A stretch of DNA of 64,000 bases from Styela clava. Taxonomy: Eukaryota. Location of the stretch: positions 8,060,001 through 8,124,000 of the forward strand of contig NC_135259.1 in NCBI RefSeq assembly GCF_964204865.1, written 5' to 3'. A program made the position numbers and the translations under genes. Position 1 is the stretch's first letter; the number at the start of each line of letters is the position of its first letter. Shown here one piece after another: positions 11,413 through 32,700 of the stretch. A model generated the notes under the pieces. The model did not search any database, was not told the origin of the DNA, and worked only from the letters and a program-made list of their open reading frames with translations.

Positions 11413-12096
11413 TTTCAACAGCCAAACAAAACGGAAACGTGTAATCCGACTTGCAACTGACAAGAGCCAAATGGACGTTTTTGTTTTATTGCCGTCCAGT
11501 AACAAGATCACGTGACCCGTGCAAGTCCTCTATAGGAAGAGTTTTGCGGAGGTCAAAGGTCGGGGAAAGGTCCCTTGCAAAATTTCCGGGGCTTTTTAAG
11601 AGTGCTTTTGCGAGTTGGCGACTGTAAAATGGAGTATGTTTTTCAAACCATCATTATGATTCATCGCATACAATAATATGTTTTGTAAAAGTACTGGTAT
11701 AAAATTTTAGCCTAGGTTATCACAGCTATTTCTACACTAATTTTTTATTACTGCAATTAATTGCTGATTGGCCAATGTCACGAATTAAACAAGGAAAACG
11801 ATGCTCTGGGAAATCTTCATTGCAAAAATTCAATTAAGTGGAAGTTTACCCGACTTTTGAACCTGAAAATATTCCAAAGTATTCATATTTCTTGGTGTTT
11901 TTCCAGATTTTTGACCAGCGAATACAGAATATTCTGATTAAAATCGCCTGTTTAACCCTCATCTGCAATTGGAATACACTGCTGCACTGACATATGATTA
12001 ACGTTTCCTGTTCTCAAACTATGCTTCATCTACCTACAATAACTGAATAGGGTACCGTACTCCGGTAGACCCCGGTCCAGAAACGAGAACCGGAGA

Positions 12097-20056
<7,960 letters not shown>

Positions 20057-22214
20057 CAAACAAACAAAAAAACATATTTATGTGTATATTTAGTGCATTG
20101 CAATCACTTATGTTCAGCTCTAAGCGCAGTAATCTATGAATATGACGATTCAAAATGGGTGAGATGATATTTAATCTTTCACAACTTCCAAAGAATGGAT
20201 GCCTATGTCTGAGCAATATTGTGTATAAATCCTTAGACTTTGGGTGAAAGTAGGGTTGGGACCCTGGGAAATCCCGGGATTTAGACTGTATTTTTCAATC
20301 CCGATCCCGCAATTTTTTTATTAAAAATCCCGTGATTTTAAAGCTTTTTTATTTATCCACATACAGATATTCTCACAACTGGTAGATTATACCATTTTTA
20401 TATTTATTTTGAAAAAAAAAACATCCACGCTTACAGTCTGAGTCAGTCAGACTAGCCTAAGTGGAATTATTGTGCGAAATTTTTCTCAAATTTGACTAGT
20501 AGAATTGTCATTATTGCCGACTTATTTAATCATAATTTGAACTCAAAATAGCATTCAGGATTCACGCAATGACTTCACAGGGTTTCTATTCACTATTTAT
20601 TACAAAAATAAAACAGCCACAATAAAAAAGTAAAATCAAGAAGATCAACTATCGTCTTCATAATTATCCGCATTCCGGGTCAGAAATGATAATATTTTTA
20701 GCTTGGGATTGGGCCAGTTTATTTACAAACGGTGACAAGAAAGATCAAAGCCGACCCAATAGATAAAAATTGGAATAAAATCCCGAATTCAGCTCCATAT
20801 TCGACAATTCGTTAAAATTATTCGATTCGATGAAAATATACTTCTTTGCCCACCCTTGCGATCTGTAATCACGCCAGTAATCTGGCGAAACGTGTGGTAG
20901 TCAAAACACTAATGCAATGAAACTTAACAAAATTTAATAAATTGCATTACCTAACGAAAGCGTGATGGTATTGACGATTATTTCATTGACGGCTATCCGC
21001 GGTCTGAAAAGGGTTTTGACATAGTAAGTGCTATGATCTTTGCCATCAAATTATGCTCGGGCCTTGCACGAAATTCATAACGTGAAAAGATACGTCCAAC
21101 GGTGAAAATTGTATAACAACTTTAAACCTATTTAGTGTTTTTAGCGATAATAATTAATTGTAATGAAATAACAGTTTGTTTGCCTCTTTCATTTCTTTCG
21201 CAAGTGCCGACAATAATACCATTGAATAGTTTTGGCAATGGGAGAAACATATTGCATTGTAACAAAAATGAATTAGGTTGTGAAAAAGTGAGAATACATG
21301 TGATAATAATAAGTGCTTGACGTGGAACGGCGAGCAAAACTGGAGCCAGTGATCGGCGGTGCGTCTGAAGACCACGTGTTACCCGTACGGCGCGCAACTT
21401 TTACAATAATGTGAGGTGCTCCGAAGACGCTCTCGTTTACATTAACGTAGGAAAACAGTAATATCGGCAACTATTAACCATTTGTTCGCGTTAGACTATC
21501 GCACCCTTTATGAGTAGAAAATGTCCGTGTGTATGGAATAGTAGTTAATTAGACAACATTTTCTACAGTAAAGTCCGGGGAAACTTGAAGTTAGCCCAAA
21601 ACATCTTCTAGTTTAAAAAAGTATTTCGGCATAATATATTATTTACCCTGATCGTAACAAGCGCGACAGCGATAAACAACAAAACGTGTTTTGTAATAGG
21701 TGTGCCGCGAATTTTTAAAGAGCTAAACAGTGTGCCACAATATAAAAAAAACGGTTGGGAACCATTGGCCTAGATCAGGGGTCACCAACCTTTTCGAAGC
21801 CGAGAGCTACTTCTTGGGTACAGATTAAGCTGCGGGCTACCAGTTCAATGTACACTTCTAAAAATCTCAGTTGTTCGATTAAGCTTCAATTATTGATATA
21901 ATTACTGGTATTTGGTGAAGTATAGACACTTTAGTGAAGTATAGACAATAAACTTTAGGATTCTTCAGGAAATCAAACGCATATCACAACGTTGCAAATA
22001 AATTTCTATCGATAACACTTGTATTTCAAAACTGAGTGTTTTTAATTGATTTTCAACAATCTGCACAAGTCTAAGATAAATTGGACTTAACAGATGTACT
22101 ATGAAATGTTGCAGAGTATTATACTCCGACGTGTAACTTGACAGTCGACACTGTAACTCTGAGCGATTCTTGCAGATTTTCATCAGTGAGGCGTGTTCCA
22201 TGTTTGTTCCTGGT

Positions 22215-22527
22215 GGAGTGAGTCGCGGCGCTATGGCCCATCGTGTTAAGCATTAGGTTCGCAGGTTAGAATCCCATGCGGGGATAGTTATGTACGAAAG
22301 GATTGCTGGACTCCTCGCCGCCGTAGGGTGGTTCACGTACCGTAACCGCTGGTCGGTTGAGGCTTCCTTCGCCATCAAGTTCATGCTTCCGGAAACAAAT
22401 AACTAACTAATCCCATACCCGACATCGAATGGTAACCGGCGAGAAGCCGTGGTTTGTCATATATGGTTAAGCCGTCCTATCCGCTATCTTCTCCCCCGGG
22501 ATAAATATGTAAATCTCCTCCTATCCT
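22215..22527 (+). mobile_element. tRNA-derived SINE, best-preserved copy in the window
   Basis: A-box-like TGGCCCATCGTG, B-box-like GGTTAGAATCCC, body of about 300 bp, CCTCCTATCCT tail; two other copies in the window. Confidence 0.7.
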
Positions 22528-22738
22528 GAGTTTATGTCAAAAATGTTGATTCGAAAGGATAGGTTGAAACAAACAATGGTCCCGTAAAATAGGATTGCTG
22601 TATGACTTGACTCGCGAGCTTTTCTGTCGGTACTGTGCTGACCAGTGGGTAGTTAGCGCGGAAGATTACGTGACAAGATGTGAAATATCTCTCCGCTTTG
22701 CCGTCGCTAAAATCGCCCCACTAATAAGACACACGCAG

Positions 22739-24822
22739 CATAGGCGTAGCCAGGGGGGGGGGGGGGGGGGGGGGGGTCAGAGGGGCCATGGCCCCCCCCC
22801 CAAAATTTTCAAGAATTCCATTCCTAATCCACCAGTTTTGTGGCATCTTGTCTCGTCACGCTTGTTGATTGTCATTGTTACGTCACAAAGACTTGACCGG
22901 TCGCTCTTATGAGCAGTATGGGAAAGACTGTTTCGCAAGCTTTCGGTCAGTTGCTCGGTCTTGATTTGTTCTCGCCTGATTTTTATTCGAAACGCTTGAA
23001 TTTTGATGACCAAATTACTTCGATCGCTAAATTTAAACAGGCGAAATTAGATAGTTTTTTCCAGCGAAATGAAGACGCGCTTTCCTCATATACATCAATA
23101 AGCGCTTCTCAGGCTGTGGATGCACCGGTTACGTCAGTTACGTCTATCACTTCTATTCCCGAAGATGAACTAATAATCAACGAAGGCAAAACAAACGATC
23201 TTGGATTTGTTCTTAAGAAACATACACAGCTTACCGATGCGGAGAGATACAGGCTTCTAACTTCGGATGGTCCGAAAAACGTGACGATTCTGGATACTGT
23301 TAGACAAAGTCGTCGTAAATTTCTCAAAAAATGGCTTGACGATAACAGATTTTGCAGTTGGTTAGTTTACACCCAACTCTCTGATGGGGGTGGTTTGTGT
23401 AAGATATGCATAGTCATGCAAGCACGTTTGAAGCATGGAACTCTCAGGGACACTGCCTTTGTTACAAGACCATGCATCGACTACAAAAAATTTATGGAAA
23501 AGGCTGTAGCACATCGAGACACAAATTACCACCGAGAATCAAATATAGCTGCGAAAAATTTTGTCAAAAGCATGGAAACTGGTCAAAATGTGCGTGCAAA
23601 CATGGAGGCCCAATATGCTACGCAAACAAAAGAAAACAGACGAATAATGACTTCCATTGTCAAGACTGTCATGTTCTGTGCTTCGGGTAACATATCCTTG
23701 CGCGGACATTCCGGGGATAGTGGAAATTTTGTGAACCTTCTTCTATTTCGTATCGACGCAGGGGATGAAGATTTGAAAAGGCATTTCGCTCGAATGGCCG
23801 GAAACGCTAAGTATACAAGCCCGATGATACAAAATGAAATTCTCAAGGTAGCAAGCAACATGATAGTGCAAGATATCGTTATGGAGGCTAATAAATCGTT
23901 TGTGTCCGTAATAGCCGACGAATCATGTGATATTTCTGGGAAAGAACAACTAAGCATCGTTTTGAGGTATGTGGAAGGTGGTGAAGTGTGCGAGCGCTTC
24001 ACAGGATTAGTGGAAATGGATTCTGTTTCTGCCGAATCAATTTCCTCAAATATTTTGACCCACCTCTCTGGTATAGGAGTGGATTTGCAAAAACTTGTGG
24101 GGCAAGGCTATGATGGTGCAACGACAATGGCAGGTCACGTCAGCGGTGTGCAAAAACGCATTCGTGATAAATACCCGCGCGCAATATTTGTGCACTGCGC
24201 TTCTCATTGTTTGAAGTAAAGTTGCAATCATCAGAAGCACCTGTGATATCATTCGTGAGACTATTCGTTTTTTCAGGGAGAGCCCTAAAAGGCGCGCGGG
24301 TTTAGGAATTAACATCCCTTTGTTCTGCCCCACCAGATGGTCTGAGAAGTACAAGAGCATCCGAATCTTCAAATGCAACTTCAAACGAGTACTTGAGGCT
24401 CTTGATTCTTTGGCGAGAGATGCTAACGGTGAGACGCGGGCGAAGGCTTTTTCTCTGAAATCTGCTCTAGAAAAGTCGTCGGTTATCTACGCCGTATGTT
24501 TGATTGGTCGATATTCGGCACTAATGGAGCCACTAGCGCGCGCACTTCAGGCGATCGAGTCAGTGTGCCGTCAGTAAAGAACCTCACATCCTCTCTTCAG
24601 AGCGTTATCGCTGAAGAACGCAATGACTCTGAAATCGCATTGAATATTTACAAAGAAGCTTGTGAAATAGCTGGCTTGAAAGAGTTGACAATACCCAGAG
24701 TAGTCGAAGTACAAGTGTATCGCGACAATGTCTGTGCTGATTCAGCATCCCAGTACTTTAAACGTTCCGCATATCTCCCATACGTCGACGGCTTGAGCTG
24801 CTCTATTCGGGAATACACGTAA
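22739..24822 (+). mobile_element. hAT transposon (ZMYM1/ZNF862/PRKRIR-like DUF4371 transposase) with a disrupted transposase; main ORF 22909-24219, continuing in shifted frames to 24822
   Basis: Left end CATAGGCGTAGCCAGGGG. ORF has a TTF-type zinc finger (WLVY..GGLCKIC..H..H), SLRGH..GNF..LL, YTSPMIQNE, SVIADESCDISGKEQLSIVLRYV, GQGYDGATTMAG and HCASHCL, then a premature stop. CPTRW follows in another frame. C-terminal dimerisation domain and right TIR not seen. Confidence 0.9.
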
Positions 24823-25104
24823 AAACAAATTTTCCGAATTTTCGTATTCAATTCTATATTCTCTTATCATTATTATAAATATATTACTTCTTGTTGAACT
24901 TGTAGCATGGAGAATTTATAGAACATTTTCATATTGAATATTGCTCAAGAAAATCAGTAGTGAGTTTGAAACCCAGGGAACACATTTGTGCGCGTAGGAT
25001 TATGCCTGACAACGTTGGTCCCAAGCAGAAGCAAATTTTCTAAAAATAAAAACGCGTGACAACGATGGGCCACGAGGCGGACCATCGTTGTCAACCTTTT
25101 TATT

Positions 25105-25232
25105 NNNNNNNNNNNNNNNNNNNNNNNNNNNNNNNNNNNNNNNNNNNNNNNNNNNNNNNNNNNNNNNNNNNNNNNNNNNNNNNNNNNNNNNNNNNNNNNN
25201 NNNNNNNNNNNNNNNNNNNNNNNNNNNNNNNN
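25105..25232. other. Assembly gap (128 N)
   Basis: Run of N, flanked on both sides by ACGCGTGACAACGATGGGCCAC. Confidence 1.
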
Positions 25233-26744
25233 TTTATTATCGGTTTTTTATTTTATTTTTATTTTCAATTTTACGCGTGACAACGATGGGCCACCATACT
25301 GCTCCGCTAACCAACGGACAAGAAAAAACGCGGGTTCGTGGAAAGTGATCTCAGTGTGATGTCATAATTGGAAGAGTGTTAATTGACCCGTCACATTACT
25401 GAGGTCAAATAAAAATAAGGTTGATGGTTACAATAATTATTATAGTGTCATTTCTAGTTCCCATATAAGTGTGATTTATACTAAAATAGCAGGAGAAAAT
25501 TTAATTGATGTAGCTTACTTATAAGAGCCGTTATTAAGCTTAGTTTGGAACAGACCTGCGGGCGACTCATATGGTCCTCGCGGGCGACTTGGAGCCCGCG
25601 GGCAACGCGTTGGGTGACCCCTGCCCTAGATGCTCTAATATTTCTGCGTCGATATTACATGAAATAAATACTTGCTTTTATTGTCATGCAAGTTTTCGCT
25701 TGATCCCGAGATTTTACGCTCAATCCCAGGATATCCCGATACCGGGATTTCAAAAACAGTATGAAGTAGAGTTACCCACTCACTGATTCAAGTATATATT
25801 ACTTGTGGTTGGTTATTACTAATACGAGCCATTCCATTAATACGGGGGTGGCCAACCAGTCGGAGATCAAGAGCCTCATTTCTTAGTTTATTACAGCGAA
25901 GAGCCACATTTTAAACAATAACACTCACGAACACAAGATATACCTTTATATGCTGAAAGAATGAAACGTTTCATCTGCACTTCTATTATCCCTGCCGGAT
26001 TCCGGTAGTTAGATAGTTTATTTTGAAAACTCCGCAATCTGACAATACACACAAATTATAAATGGAGAGAATTCTCGAGAGCGAGCAAGCAAAGCCTTTA
26101 AAAAAGTTTAAAACAAGTTGAGTATCATGTGCCCGCACACCAATATACAACAAAATCTTGTTAAACAAATCTTGGGCCAAAAATAAGCACGCGAATGTAT
26201 TAAACTTTTGGGCTGTTGTATACTTTTAAAATACTTAGGCCAATAAATACCAATTCAATCTGATACAAAGGCAACAAGAGTAGGTGTAATGTAATAAGGT
26301 GACGAGAACGGTCAAAAGCCATGAAAAACTACATTGATTTGACATCGATGAAAATGTGATAAAGTGGTTTAAGACACATACAAACGAATCAAAACAATGC
26401 TGGTAAATTATGTGCACATGCACTCATAAAAACAATCATCAGAAAAACACTAACTGACTAATCACGCGTAAACATGTATGCAAAATAATGAAGCCAATGT
26501 CCTCAAAAACAGGATACACACAAAACAATAGTACGCCATGAAATGAATATGTAAAAACGTTATGAATTGACCTGGTTATATCGTGTTACATTACAAAAAT
26601 TTTATGCATATATCGTACCAAAGAGATTGTTCGATTTTTTTTTAATTTCCAAATAAAAATTGCAGTATCTTGCTGACAGTTGAATTTCAATTCCATACTT
26701 TTATTCATATTCCTGATCCAATATATTTTGATTCTGTTATGTTA

Positions 26745-27124
26745 CCTAATGTCCCTTTCATATTGCGATAAAACCACGAGCTGAACGTCTTGTATGGTCG
26801 TTGATTGTTCGTATGTTGATCCCGTTGATAAACCATTATCTGCAAACCTTTTCGTTTAATGTTTTGTGCGGTGGCGACCGTATTCTCCCAATGCTTGACA
26901 CGTCTCATTGTTTGGCAAGCCTTGGAAATGTGACCAAGGTTGTTTACAGTGAATTTTATTACTGTTTACAAAATATAATGAGTTCAACAAGTATATATAA
27001 CAACCGTCAACAAAATATGAAGTATAGGCACAAAAAGTTGCGCATCGGTTACTCAGGAAAGGCCGATCACTGTTCTTGCCGAAAGATCGATACCTGATAT
27101 TTCACCCAACATTTGCTGTTCCAT
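26745..27124 (-). CDS. Possible small spliced orphan gene
   Basis: Exon MEQQMLGEIS (donor GTATCG) joins in phase 1 to an AG-bounded exon VIKFTVNNLGHISKACQTMRRVKHW...MKGTL (donor GTAACA). No recognisable domain. Confidence 0.3.
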
Positions 27125-27585
27125 TTTAACAGCTGACTGCTGTTGGATCGAATATGTTTTCCTTGTTCTGTATTGTATCTGTTCATTTATTTGTGTATTT
27201 CTGATATTTTTTCTAAGAAAAATAAACTTCCTTGCGTGCGTCATCAGACTATCGAAACTTTTGTTAAAAAGTTTGAAAAATGAAAGCAGCGAGTAATAAT
27301 GTTAAAAAAAGATAAATAAATATTGAATCTAAAATACATTGGGTAAGCCACAAATCACCAGCGAGTAATAATGTCAAAAAAAGATAAATAAAAAACTAAT
27401 CAAAAATGCATTGGGTAAGCCACGTCGGCAAATCTCCAAGAATGAGGGTCGCTACAAGATTAAATACGACAACGACTGGACATGGTAGAAGATAGTAATT
27501 CTGAAATATGAGGTATATGATTTGGCAGAATACCTCCTTTTTTGTAAGACTCCCCCGGCATTTATTTGTATAAATGCTATATGTC

Positions 27586-29751
27586 TTAAAATTTATGAAT
27601 ATATTCACGATTTTCATCTTTGGCTTGCTTAGATTTTCGAAACCATTTTTTCACAAATTTAGTCTTTTTCGGACGATTGTTAGACAACGCAGCTTCTGAT
27701 CTACTCAGTCTTGCCATATTCCCAACTGAAGAAATTTGGGGTCTTCGGGGAGCGGCTGCAGTTGAAAAACTGGATGGCCTGGGTGGAAGATCAGGAGCTA
27801 GATAATCTGACCCTGTCGCAATTTCTTCGTTGTGATCGATGTGAACTTTTACTTGTGTTGGTTCGAGAGATCTAAAATAAGCGTTGTTGTAGTCAATTTT
27901 CACTGTCATAATTCAATAAATGAAAATTTCCTAAATTTTTCTTGCTATTGTGTTCAACAATTGTTGAATGCGTGTAAGGACGCTTGTATTTATTATAAAA
28001 TGTCCAACCATCCATCGTGTTGCTATCTATCATAAATGTCCAATATAGTAACTGGTAACTCGGGCTGAGTATATCCAATAGTAAATTATTCGAATCCATT
28101 CAGACGAAAATTCCGAATCGACGCCATTCTATTTTTTTTGTCCACCGAAGGTCGAGGTGAATTTATCAATTTTTTCTTATTGAAGAAATATTTTTAGAAA
28201 TGCAATTCTAACATATATATAGATTATTCCTTTGTTCCTAGTGAGTTACTTGTGAAACATTTTTTTTGTGTCTGAGTAATAGATTCTATGATTTCAGTAA
28301 TTTGGTAATAAAAATAGAAAAGTCACATGCAATTACAAATCTTCCAAGTAGGCTATTCGAGATTCGATTCGAAAAAAATATTCGATTGGATTCTGAAATT
28401 ATCAGTTATTCGAAAATGCCCGGTCTTACTGAGAACAAGGCACATTAAACGCGAAATTCTCAACTATATATATAATATATAATGTAATATAAATCTTACT
28501 TGATGTCATCAGTCGCCTCTTGTGCGCTTGTTGTTGTAATGTTTGAATATAGTGTATCAACATCTGTGAACACAATTCAAAATTTATTAGCATTTAAAAG
28601 TGGCAAGAGCATTGAAGAAAGGGCACAAATTTTTCTTTAACTAATATATATATGAAGCGGGTTATTTGTAGTGTTTGACCCAAAATCCAACATTGTAATC
28701 TAAAAATGCGGAATGGAAAAACGAAAATTTTAATACCTTCTTCCCGGTCTCTTTGAGGCTGCACATGGCGTAGAATTCCATAATTCAATTCCTCGTCTGA
28801 ATCACTTAATTCAGCGCCACTATATATCAATCTTGACAATCGACTCTCCAAAACTTGGGCGTTTAGCATTCTCTGCAATGCTTCATTCCTCTCCCTTTCT
28901 GCTTCGTTTTTTATCTTTAGCAACTGAATATAAAAATGTTTAAAAAAGTTGATTATGACATATATATACATATATATATATCAAGCGTTTCACACTTTGA
29001 AAATAATGATTTTATATGAGATAGATATACCTGTCTCAACTTCATACATTCTTTCCTGTAAGTATCTCGCTCTTGTCTTATTATAAAGAGTTCTTCCTGT
29101 AAAATTGAAAAAATGTATTATGAATACCGAAAATATATTGTATATATATATATATTATCGCCAACCGTCATAAATATTGTGTTATTACTCTAATCAAGCT
29201 TTGCCTGTTGCGATGATTTATAATTTATTGCAGCGTTGTCCCTCGAGCATCGATCAATAATTGTCGCATTCTGCAAGGTCTATATCCAAAAGTAATACAT
29301 TTTTTAACGCGGGATCTAAATTTCCTTAACCCAGCTCTAAAAGGCGATTAATTGAATTACAATTAAAATCGTGCATACTATTTTATGTGTTTAGTGTCCC
29401 TGAATTACATGCGGACCCCGGCACAAATTCTTGCATGCAATGTGGCCCCCGAATATCTACAAGTTTGACACCCCTGATTAAATTCTCATTAACTAGAGAC
29501 ATATCAGCTTAATGAGAACATGACAAGTTATTTCGAAACACATCCGCTGTAAATCCCGTTCTACAGTTAAAAATTCTTAAATAGTATCACGTTAAAATAT
29601 TAGGCCAAGCCAATCCGAATCGAACATGGCAAACTAGTTGCTGTATTATAACAGATAATTCTCTTACCCGCAGTTTCAGCACATCTTGCTCCGCTTGAGT
29701 TCTAATGCCGAAGTTATCGAACCTTTCAGCTATGTTACTGAAAGAGGCCAT
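27586..29751 (-). CDS. Uncharacterised coiled-coil protein, about 228 aa; exons 29751-29668, 29096-29031, 28923-28737, 28563-28500, 27871-27586
   Basis: Five GT-AG exons join with consistent phases 0,0,1,2. N-terminal half is E/R/K/L/Q-rich and heptad-like; the tail is low-complexity with LNYGIL, TLYSNI, DYLAP and PDLPPRP. Confidence 0.7.
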
Positions 29752-32700
29752 ATTCCATATACTTGTCAAAAGTAATATCTCCCAAAATGTATAACAAAAC
29801 CTACTCTATACGAGTTTACGTTCTCCGACCTACTTACAGTAATATATGCGATTTGTATATACTATTCTCTAATAATATTACAAAAATAAAAAAGGTAGAG
29901 TGAAGGCGAGCAAAATTGATTACCTAATTTGTGTGGTAACTTATATGAAAATTCAATTATTTCAGCTAAAAAATGATGAGCAAAAATTTATAATAAAAGC
30001 ATAATAGTTTTCAACAAGGATAAAATATTAAAGACGGCATAATTAGGAAATAAATGATATTTTGCGATGTACATTTATTTATTTAAGTTACTGTTTGAAG
30101 ACTATTCTAAGACCTCAAAATTGAAAAGATGGCATTAATCGAAAGTCATTTGCCAGAAATTTTGAATAATAAACAATCTTAGTGAAGCTATAAATCCAAT
30201 TTAAGTTGGTGTTTTTGTTGTTTAAATCATTTTTATAATTACAATATTACTTATATAAATGTTTAGCAAATGTTCTTCGATTGACTCCATTGATATCCTC
30301 AAATTCATTTTAATTTTATGTTTCTAATTATCATGGAAACCTAATAATTAGTTGAAGTTCACAGCAACGAGGTGCTACCTGCAATATGATGTTTTGCGAC
30401 GGATAAATTCTGATAATATATCATACTTGCCAGGCGCGTAGACTGCTCATTACCTCGTCTGCTGGCTAGAACGAACTATGCTATATGAATCGCTGGACTG
30501 TGATCTTTTCAACTCACTGAACAGACCGATGAGACCATTCCTCACAAAAGTGTGATTGTTTCGATAAAAAAAAACTTTGATCGAATTATAATCCGATTGT
30601 AATTTACTGTATATTACTCGTCCTTGTGCAACGACCTTAAAAATTTCTCTGTATTTATAAAATTATATATATATATATACGTGGATGCCGTTTGATATGA
30701 CATGAACCCCTCCAAGATTCATTCAGACACAATGCCATTTCTTACATTCACATATAGATTTGCAGTGATTTCGAACTCCTCCGTCCGTATTCTGTTTTCT
30801 AGCACTAATACTATTTTAGTTTTCACGGTAGATTTCCGGTAAATCTTACCCGTAAAGTCATGGACGCTAGAGATACGATTTATTTACACATATTTACAGC
30901 GTTACTATCTGTCTTAGTGGGCTATGTTCAGTTTCTATAGAACGAGAACATTTCTGGTTAATATCATACTTGTTGACATAATGACATATCACTAAGACGT
31001 AATAATTTCGATATCTCCATTTTCTTGCGTGTAACAAATCTGTACCGGTATCAGAATTTTTAGGGGCTGCACCGAATAAACTTTGTCGATATTGGAGAAT
31101 TATTAGAAATAGGGCATTTTCAAGTTTCCAACCCATTTCAAAGGTATGAAATGAATGACTTACTAAATTGTTATACATAGTCTTACAAAAAAATCTTTTA
31201 CAGACGAATCATAATGTTTAATTGACGTAACCTGCTACCAAATTGTTTCTCTAGGTAGAATCAACATAATTATTATACTTGTTATTTTTTATAGTAGTAA
31301 TCAACCGAGTCGAGTTTATATATTTTAAAATTATAATTAAAATGAATTTCTTCCTTATTGTAATATATTTGTAATAAACTGTGGGTAAGCGCCGATATGC
31401 TGTTTACGCTACAGATTCAAACAAACGTATCAAAGTGAAACTAGTTGGCAATACGAATGTATATTGTTTGCCCAAGCGTTTAGATTGTGCAAATACATGA
31501 AATGTAACATATACAAGGCAACAGTGATACATTTTAAAAATAAGATACTCTAAACACAAATCCGCGAGCTACGTCGAAGATGCGAAAAGAGATAAATTTT
31601 TATTCCTAAATCCGGTGCTTTGTAGGCGCTATCGACATCAGCAGACGCAAAACGTGAACTGAGATGGCGCAATAGTGCAATACTATACCATTCATATAAA
31701 CAGACGGGCAGACGAAACGTAGCCTCACAGAATGAGAGTACTACGAAGAACTATCCGCTTTAAGCGACTGGAAAAGTGATTGCGAAAGTCCTTTACCTAA
31801 ACACTAGCTTAGGTGAATTATAAAATAATTATCTTATTATTACAACTAAACACTTTCTTTACTATTTTTACATTAACCTTGAAATGATCGTATAGGCCTA
31901 CCTTTAAATTGCAGGAAAATATATCAACAATTTTAAGTATAGAAACCTATACCTTATTTGGAAAAATTTTCCAGGTATTACCAGGGAAACAATTTTTTCA
32001 CGACTAAGCTGTCTTACTCTTTAACGCTAACCTGCAAAAGAAACTGAAAATATCGGTAGACGTCTCGTGACTTTCAAGATCAGATATGTGAGAAAAAAAC
32101 GCTGGTAATGTAATGAGCGCGAATTTGATATTTTGACTTACATACAGCGCAAGCAAGTCTGTGGTTGTAAAATTTCAACACATTACAAACTATACAGGGT
32201 TTACAAATTAACACATTTCCAATTATGGCGGTAGCTTTATCAATCGCTTCTAGGGGCTTTGTATGGATGTCGAAAATTCAACGTTCATTTATGTATATTC
32301 TTTCACAGTGTTGATATACAGATTTATAACTTGTACTCGTTCGTGCTAAAAAAATTATTGCAACGCGTTTCACAAATATAGCCTGAGGCCTAGTCTATTT
32401 TGTTTAGATTTGAACGTTCAATCTGTGGAATCAAACAACTGATTACATATTAACAGGTATTACTCGTAATTTTTCATACTACTATTCATATGACATTTAA
32501 ATGTAAACATTGTACATATAAGGAGCTAGATTTGGTATGAAGCTGGCCTATTTGCATTTCTAATAATTTCATGTTGTCGAGAAACAAACTAATCGACGTA
32601 ATTTTCACGAGCGATCAAGAACCAGTCAATTACCCAACAAGAAAATAGTCCGTTTTCATCACGCAGCCCTTTAGGTTTTCATGACTCATTGCGACGTGTC

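Larger units (their letters stand above)
2625..11531. mobile_element. Degenerate ISL2EU-like (Harbinger-clan) DNA element with long inverted arms, THAP relics and a YqaJ relic
   Basis: Ends AGAGGACTTGCACGGGTCACGTGA (2625) and TCACGTGACCCGTGCAAGTCCTCT (11531), each flanked by AT. Arms 2625-3264 plus 8211-8772 are the reverse complement of about 10661-11531. Both arms encode a THAP exon and the centre encodes YqaJ. Confidence 0.7.
21776..25623. mobile_element. hAT (Charlie-like) element enlarged by nested insertions
   Basis: TIR CAGGGGTCACCAAC / GTTGGGTGACCCCTG; 8-bp TSD GCCTAGAT / CCCTAGAT (1 mismatch). The element spans an assembly gap. Confidence 0.7.

Noticed and set aside
11534-11962. Possible divergent spliced gene upstream of ALKBH6 (MRVKQAIL.../RQLAKALLKSPGNF...) interrupted by the element
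   Set aside because: Only two short exon candidates with no recognisable homology, and the second overlaps sequence repeated at 2552-2590.
22215-22290. tRNA gene
   Set aside because: It has only A/B-box-like motifs without a cloverleaf, and continues into a repeated SINE body.
22909-24219. Domesticated host gene (ZMYM1/PRKRIR-like)
   Set aside because: It is intronless, preceded by a transposon end, and broken by a stop and frameshifts within the catalytic region.
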